Assembly (NCBI GenBank): GCA_034669905.1
Contig: JAXMOL010000027.1
Span: forward strand, 1 to 64,000
Direction: 5' to 3'
Length of the DNA stretch: 64,000 nucleotides
DNA from: Candidatus Hydrogenedentota bacterium
GTDB lineage: Bacteria > Hydrogenedentota > Hydrogenedentia > Hydrogenedentales > JAEUWI01
Under the pieces are notes generated by a model. The model searched no databases. It was not told the origin of the DNA and saw only the letters and a list, made by a program, of their open reading frames with translations. A program made the position numbers and the translations under genes. Below, in pieces: positions 58,636-64,000 of this stretch (within the stretch, counting starts at the first letter, position 1; every line of letters starts with the position of its first letter).

Positions 58636-60452
58636 TCGGTACACCGCTGGACCTGATCGTCATGATTGCCTACTTTGTGCTTGTGGTGGGCTTCGGTGTC
58701 TATTTCGGCAAGTACAGCAGCACGACCAAGGATTTCTACTTTGGCGGTCAGCGTTTCGCCTGGTGGGTCATTGCCTTTTCTGCAACGGCAACCACGGTAG
58801 GGAGCTACAGTTTCGTCAAATACAGCGCAGCGGGCTACAACTATGGCCTGAGTAGCACCCAGTCCTATCTGAACGACTGGTTCTGGGTTCCCATCCTGTT
58901 GTTGATTTGGTTGCCTATCATCTACTTCCAGCGGATCCAGTCGGTCCCGGAATACTTTGAGCGCCGCTTCAGCAAGACGACCCGACTCGTCGCCACCGTC
59001 ATTATTCTCATCTACCTGGTGGGCTATGTGGGCATCAATCTGCTGACCCTGGGCCAGGCGCTCCATACCATGTTGGGCTGGTCCGTCTTTGCCGGTGCCT
59101 CCCTGGCCTGTGTTGCGGTGACCTTTTATGTCTTTGCCGGTGGTCAGACCTCGGTCATCATGACCGATTTGGTACAGGGCATTACCCTGCTGATCGTCGG
59201 TGTGGGGATCTTCCTCGCCGGCGTAGCCCACTTCGGGGGCTTCGTGGACTGGTGGGCCCTTATGCCAGAGAGTCACCGCTACATTTTTTCGGAGTTCAAC
59301 AAGCCCGACAAATTCAGCTTTATCGGGGTATACGGTCAGGACGGATTGGCAAACACCGGGGCCTTCGTCCTGATGAATCAGGGTATCATCATGCGCTTCC
59401 TCGCCCTGCGGAGCGTGAAAGATGCGCGGAAAATGTCCATCTGTTGGATTCTGGTCCTGGCTCCCCTGGCGGCGATTACCGTGAGTGGTGGCGGCTGGAT
59501 TGCGAAGGCGCTGGTGGAAAATGGGGAGATGGAGACGACCGCCAATGACGCGTTCATTCACGCGGCCCACTTCCTCTGCAGCCCGGGAATTTTTGGCTTC
59601 GTATTGGCGGCGCTCATGGCCGCCCTCATGAGTACGGCGGACACCCTTATCAACGCGTCGAGTGCCGTGTTCGTCAACGACGTTTACCGTCCTTATGTCC
59701 GGAAAGAGGCCCATGATACGCACTATTTGAAGGTGGCCCGGATTTCCAGTCTGAGTGTGGCGGCCATCGGGCTCATGCTCGTGCCCCTCTTCGACGGCGA
59801 AACCGTGTATCAGGCCCACGCCAAATTCACGGCAGCCATCACGCCCCCCATCGTGGTAGCGATCTTGCTCGGTATCTTGTGGAAGCGATTCAATACCCCG
59901 GCGGCCCTGGCGGCCATGGTGGGTGGTGGTGCCCTGGTATTCTTGTCGACCTTCTCCCCCTTCGACGACATCTTCCTCAAGCCCCTCGCCTTTGGTATGG
60001 GTGAAGGAAGCTACAAGTTCATTCGCGCGGTGTTCGGCCTGTTGGTCAGCGGTGGTCTCGGTATCGTGGTCGCCCTCGCGACCCGGCCCCAGCCGCTGGA
60101 GTCAATTGCGGGACTTATCACCGGCACCCAGCTGCAGGCCATGGAGTTTTTCAAGGGCGGTCCCCTGAATCGCCGGGAGGGCGAAGTGGTCTATGTCCCC
60201 GTGCAGACCGACACCTCCCTCTCGGGCGACGAAACGGTGTTGGTATCAACGGCCCACATGAAAACCCTCGCGGCGGACGTGGGTGATTTGCTCTATGTCT
60301 GTGACCGCCGGTGGTGGTTCGGTGGCCTCCGAAGCTTCCATACGAAAGCCATGGAAGGGGGACCCGGCGAAACGCTGCGCCTCAGTCCCGAGGCCATGGA
60401 CCGAGGGCATTTCCAGGATGGCGATGTGGTTTACATGGAGAAACAGTTCTAG
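58632..60452 (+). CDS. Sodium:solute symporter (SSS) with an extra C-terminal soluble domain
   Basis: DFYFGG, SVPEYFERRF, GGQTSVIMTDLVQ, AALMAALMST. Confidence 0.93.
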   Translation: MIGTPLDLIVMIAYFVLVVGFGVYFGKYSSTTKDFYFGGQRFAWWVIAFSATATTVGSYSFVKYSAAGYNYGLSSTQSYLNDWFWVPILLLIWLPIIYFQRIQSVPEYFERRFSKTTRLVATVIILIYLVGYVGINLLTLGQALHTMLGWSVFAGASLACVAVTFYVFAGGQTSVIMTDLVQGITLLIVGVGIFLAGVAHFGGFVDWWALMPESHRYIFSEFNKPDKFSFIGVYGQDGLANTGAFVLMNQGIIMRFLALRSVKDARKMSICWILVLAPLAAITVSGGGWIAKALVENGEMETTANDAFIHAAHFLCSPGIFGFVLAALMAALMSTADTLINASSAVFVNDVYRPYVRKEAHDTHYLKVARISSLSVAAIGLMLVPLFDGETVYQAHAKFTAAITPPIVVAILLGILWKRFNTPAALAAMVGGGALVFLSTFSPFDDIFLKPLAFGMGEGSYKFIRAVFGLLVSGGLGIVVALATRPQPLESIAGLITGTQLQAMEFFKGGPLNRREGEVVYVPVQTDTSLSGDETVLVSTAHMKTLAADVGDLLYVCDRRWWFGGLRSFHTKAMEGGPGETLRLSPEAMDRGHFQDGDVVYMEKQF

Positions 60453-60769
60453 TTCGTGGTGGACTCGGAAGATTATGTGAGCGTCTATCACGGTCCAGAT
60501 TTACCGGGTGTTCCTGTGCCACGTTGTAGACGCGGCGCAGGAGGGCGATGCCACGTTACGCGAGGTTTCGTGTGCATGGAGCCCGGTTGACGTAGGGCCA
60601 GAGTAAATGAATTGATTCGGGCGTCCTTCTATCCCCGTATAGTTGGACGCCCTCATTTCAGGTTCATGGGAAGTAAGTGGGGAGGTATTCTTGTCGATCA
60701 CACGGTTTGATGTCGTTCGTGCCACCCGAACCTTTTTCCGTTCGGGTCGGTTTCGACTCAGGCCATGGA

Positions 60770-61789
60770 CTATGCGTCTGCGATTTTGACGATGAGTTTG
60801 CCCTGATTGCTGCCATCAAAGAGACGCAAGATGGCCTGGGGTGCATTCTCCAGACCATCGACCACGTCTTCCCGGGACTTCAGTTTTCCTTCGCCCAACC
60901 ACTGGGCGAGCTGCATGCCGCCTTCCATGGCGCGGTCCAGGTAGTTCGATACGATGAACCCCTCCATACGCGCAGAGCGAATCAGTAGGTTGAGGTAGTT
61001 GCTTGGGCCGGGGGGCATTTCGGTGGTATTGTATTGGGTGATGGCTCCACAGATGACGACCCGCCCCTTGAAATTAATGAGGCCCAGACAGGTGTTCAGG
61101 ATTTCGCCACCCACGTTGTCAAAGTAGACATCGATGCCATCGGGACAGGCCGAGGCGAGGGCTTCGGCGATGTTTTCGGTCTTGTAGTTGATGGCGACGT
61201 CATAGCCTAACTCGTCGCGGATCCAGGCACATTTTTCGTCGGAGCCGGTGAGCCCGACCACCCGGCACCCTTTTATCTTCGCGATCTGTCCGACAATGGA
61301 GCCCACCGCACCCGCCGCCGTGGAAACGACCACCGTGTCTCCTTCCTTGGGCTCACCCAAGTCCAGGAGTCCAAAGTAGGCGGTGAGCCCCGTGATCCCC
61401 AACACACCGAGGTGCTTGGTCAGGGGCACGGGCAGTCCCTCGGGGATTTTCATAAGCCGGTCTTCTTTCTTCACGAGGGCATAGTCCTGCCAGCCCCCCA
61501 AGCCCCGAACCAGGTCGCCCGGTGCGAAGTCGGGATCATTGGAGGCGATTACCTTGGAGATCGTGGCACCCCGCATGGGACTGTTTAGGGGGACCGGGGG
61601 CATATAGGACTTTCGGTCGGTCATCCATCCGCGCATGGCGGGGTCGAGGGATAGGTAAAGGTTGCGCACGAGGACTTCATTGTCGCCGGGCTGGGGAACG
61701 CTCCCCTCCTCAAAACGAAAATCCGTTGCTTTAATGGCGCCGACGGGGCGGGCAGCGAGGAGTATCTGGCGGTTGACAGTGTCGGTCAT
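60770..61789 (-). CDS. NADP-dependent oxidoreductase (CurA/prostaglandin reductase, MDR family)
   Basis: YLSLDPAMR, GLTAYFGL, AAGAVGSIVGQIAK, YFDNVGG, CGAITQY. Confidence 0.93.
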   Translation of the reverse strand: MTDTVNRQILLAARPVGAIKATDFRFEEGSVPQPGDNEVLVRNLYLSLDPAMRGWMTDRKSYMPPVPLNSPMRGATISKVIASNDPDFAPGDLVRGLGGWQDYALVKKEDRLMKIPEGLPVPLTKHLGVLGITGLTAYFGLLDLGEPKEGDTVVVSTAAGAVGSIVGQIAKIKGCRVVGLTGSDEKCAWIRDELGYDVAINYKTENIAEALASACPDGIDVYFDNVGGEILNTCLGLINFKGRVVICGAITQYNTTEMPPGPSNYLNLLIRSARMEGFIVSNYLDRAMEGGMQLAQWLGEGKLKSREDVVDGLENAPQAILRLFDGSNQGKLIVKIADA

Positions 61790-61921
61790 GGTGATTGCTC
61801 CAGCAGGGTTAGGTGTTGTAACGGGTCGTATACTGCGTTGCAGGGTACCATTTAGACCGCCACTGGACCATCCTGGTTCACTCAGGAAGCCTCGCAGGGC
61901 CTGAGACGCAAAACAAACCCC

Positions 61922-62257
61922 TTATTCCTCTTCGTGGGACGGGGATTCCCATTCATTGCATACGGTGTTATCGGCCAGGGGAACCTTTGCCAGGAGGGAG
62001 GCCCGGGACAAGACATGGCCGACGATGGGCGCGGTGACCCCCAGGAAGAGGGCCACAAGCAGTGCTCGGACGCGGATGGCCGGGTCGTCGAAGTGCAGGG
62101 TCAGGGCGATCAGGCTGGAGATTACCCCGATAGCGCCGGCTTTGGTTGCGGCGTGCATCCGGAGGAAGACGTCAGGAAAGCGCACCAACCCGATGGCCGC
62201 GATGAGGGTAAAGATGCCGGAAATCCAGAGCAGTGCGGCGATGAGATAAGCAGTCAT
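61922..62257 (-). CDS. mnhG: Na+/H+ antiporter subunit G
   Basis: GLVRFPDVFLRMHAATK, TAPIVGH. Confidence 0.92.
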   Translation of the reverse strand: MTAYLIAALLWISGIFTLIAAIGLVRFPDVFLRMHAATKAGAIGVISSLIALTLHFDDPAIRVRALLVALFLGVTAPIVGHVLSRASLLAKVPLADNTVCNEWESPSHEEE

Positions 62258-62523
62258 TCTCCCGCTCCTTTTTGAATGTACATGGCAAAGGCCACACTGC
62301 CGACGAAGCCGACCAGGGCCGCCACGATGGCCACGCTCAGGAAATAAGATGCCCCGCTGGTGATCGCGTCTACCACAATCATCCCGATAAGGCAGGTCGA
62401 AATAAAATCGAGGGCCACGACCCGGTCTGACAAGGTGGGGCCTTTGACGAGGCGCCACAGGGCCAGCAGCAGGGCGGTGCCGTAGAGCATCAGGACGCCA
62501 TGTGTGGTTATCGTTTCCAGCAT
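62254..62523 (-). CDS. mnhF: Na+/H+ antiporter subunit F
   Basis: RLVKGPTLSDRVVALD, GFVGSVAFA. Confidence 0.92.
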   Translation of the reverse strand: MLETITTHGVLMLYGTALLLALWRLVKGPTLSDRVVALDFISTCLIGMIVVDAITSGASYFLSVAIVAALVGFVGSVAFAMYIQKGAGE

Positions 62524-62535
62524 CGAAACCTTTCC

Positions 62536-63009
62536 TTAATCAAAGAGCCGCATGAGCCGGGCTTCCAGGCCTTCTTTAATATCTTTGCGCACGGCCTCGG
62601 GACTTTCCATGTCGAGGACGTGGACATAGAGTATGCGGCCGTCGGGCGACAGGTCGATACTCATGGTGCCTGGCGTGAGGGTTACCGCATTGGCCAAGAG
62701 CGTATGCTCGGCGACGCTTCGTGTGTCGAGTGGCACGGCGACGATCCCCGGGCGGAGTTTTCGAAAGGGCCAGAGGGTTGCACCGGCCACGTCGAGGGCG
62801 CCGACAATTACTTCCTTTACGAAATAGAGGAAAAAGGCGACGGCGTAGTACACCTTATTCCGGTAGGCCCGACTCTGAATGATTTCCGGTTGGGCACTCA
62901 GGATCGCGTAGCCCACCAGAAAGCCAATGACGAAGTTACCCGTGCTCAAGGTGCCCGATGCGGCGCACCAGGTGGCCGCCAGGAGAATATTGATGGAGAG
63001 GGACTTCAT
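62536..63009 (-). CDS. mnhE: Na+/H+ antiporter subunit E
   Basis: RPGIVAVPLD, LANAVTLTPGT, LYVHVLD. Confidence 0.92.
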   Translation of the reverse strand: MKSLSINILLAATWCAASGTLSTGNFVIGFLVGYAILSAQPEIIQSRAYRNKVYYAVAFFLYFVKEVIVGALDVAGATLWPFRKLRPGIVAVPLDTRSVAEHTLLANAVTLTPGTMSIDLSPDGRILYVHVLDMESPEAVRKDIKEGLEARLMRLFD

Positions 63010-64000
63010 GACACGTCTCCCAATACGGCAGCGATATAGGCCGCCGGATCCAGAAGTTGGGTCGCCGTCGTCAGGGCAAGGTCAAAGAGGGGCATGGCCA
63101 AGACGGAAAGTAGAACACTGAAACTGGCAAGGGCCACACAGGGCAGGACCATGCCTCTCATCCGTGACGCCGAAAGGGGACGTTCTTTCAGGGCATCGTC
63201 CCCGTCCGCAGGGGCACTTTTCCAAAAGGCCTCATTCCATATTTTGGTCATGGAATAGAGGGTCAGCATGCTGACCACCAGTGATACCCCCACCGTAATA
63301 TAGGCGCTTTCGTCCAGGCCCGCGCGTAGAAGGGCCAACTTGGAGATAAATCCGGAGAAAGGCGGCAGCCCGGCGAGCGACATGGCGGGTATAGCAAATA
63401 GAAACGCCAGTCCCGGGTGGAGTCGCATGAAGGAACCGAGTTGCTTAAGGTCGCTGGTACCACGGAGATACCAGGTGATGGCACTGATCACAAACAGGGC
63501 GCCTTTGGCGGCCATAACGTGTACGAGGAAGAAAAGCGTGGCGGCGAGTCCGGATACGGAGAAAAGGGCCAGGCCGAAAATCAGGTAGCCTATCTGGCTC
63601 ACGATGTGAAAAGAAAGGAGGCGCCGAAAGTCATACTGGGCAACGGCCCCCAGCACGCCTGTGGCCATCGTCAGGGCGGCCACCGTGAGGAGGATGGGCT
63701 GGAAGTAGGCCTGCTCTGTGGCGAAGAGGAGCGTGTTGGTGCGGATGAGGGCGTAAATGCCCACCTTGGTCAGCAAGGCGGAAAAGAGGGTGGTCACCGC
63801 ATGGGGCGGCGTGTGGTAGGAAGCGGGCAGCCAGGAGAACAGGGGGAAGGCACCGGCCTTGATACCGAAGGCAATCATCAGCATAGCGCCCGCCGCCTGT
63901 TTGAGGGGGGCATTGTCTAACGACGGAAGACGGACCGCGAGATCGGCCATGTTGAGTGTTCCGGTTTTGCCATAGATGATACCCACCGCCGAAAGAAAGA
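63006..64000 (-). CDS. mnhD: Na+/H+ antiporter subunit D (5' part lies outside the window)
   Basis: GTLNMADL, KAGAFPLFSWLPASY, LTKVGIY, LAGLPPFSGFISK. Confidence 0.92.
   Translation of the reverse strand, partial: FLSAVGIIYGKTGTLNMADLAVRLPSLDNAPLKQAAGAMLMIAFGIKAGAFPLFSWLPASYHTPPHAVTTLFSALLTKVGIYALIRTNTLLFATEQAYFQPILLTVAALTMATGVLGAVAQYDFRRLLSFHIVSQIGYLIFGLALFSVSGLAATLFFLVHVMAAKGALFVISAITWYLRGTSDLKQLGSFMRLHPGLAFLFAIPAMSLAGLPPFSGFISKLALLRAGLDESAYITVGVSLVVSMLTLYSMTKIWNEAFWKSAPADGDDALKERPLSASRMRGMVLPCVALASFSVLLSVLAMPLFDLALTTATQLLDPAAYIAAVLGDVS

Noticed and set aside
60453..60769. Possible ncRNA or small ORF in the convergent gap after the SSS gene
   Set aside because: Only one modest hairpin (GGGCGTCC...GGACGCCC), which could be a terminator; nothing else supportable

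Overview
A GC-rich bacterial chromosomal window with about 45 protein-coding genes. I recognised no rRNA, tRNA, CRISPR array, transposase or integrase. The style of the DUF1559/H-X9-DG prepilin-like protein suggests Ca. Hydrogenedentota or a Planctomycetota-like lineage; this is an inference only. Housekeeping and metabolic genes: leuC-leuD, tag, cobA-hemD, sulfite reductase with cysH, dprA, an old-yellow enzyme, a two-component pair and the distal part of an mrp/mnh antiporter operon. There are many secreted carbohydrate- or sulfate-active proteins and transporters. A defence island at 38.9-48.0 kb is a type I R-M system (hsdM-yhcG-hsdS-kwaA-kwaB-hsdR) with Kiwa and a DUF1016 nuclease nested inside it. 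Intergenic DNA is rich in several families of REP/REPIN-like palindromic repeats. The most notable observations are four. (1) A HEAT-repeat lipoprotein gene is followed by an attC-like hairpin and bracketed by two ~255-bp direct repeats that end at an attI-like simple site, giving an integron-like cassette with no integrase in the window. (2) A degenerate GGDEF(GGDAF)-ribbon-helix-helix fusion gene is preceded by a perfect 42-bp palindrome. (3) A duplicated hsdM 3' end brackets yhcG, suggesting a recombinational route for cargo exchange in type I R-M loci. (4) Several proteins have unusual architectures: a methyltransferase/ATP-grasp fusion, a Clp ATPase lacking the IGF loop, and a twice-flavinylated NosR-like protein paired with a secreted FAD oxidoreductase. 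All calls come from reading motifs by eye; no database searches were run.
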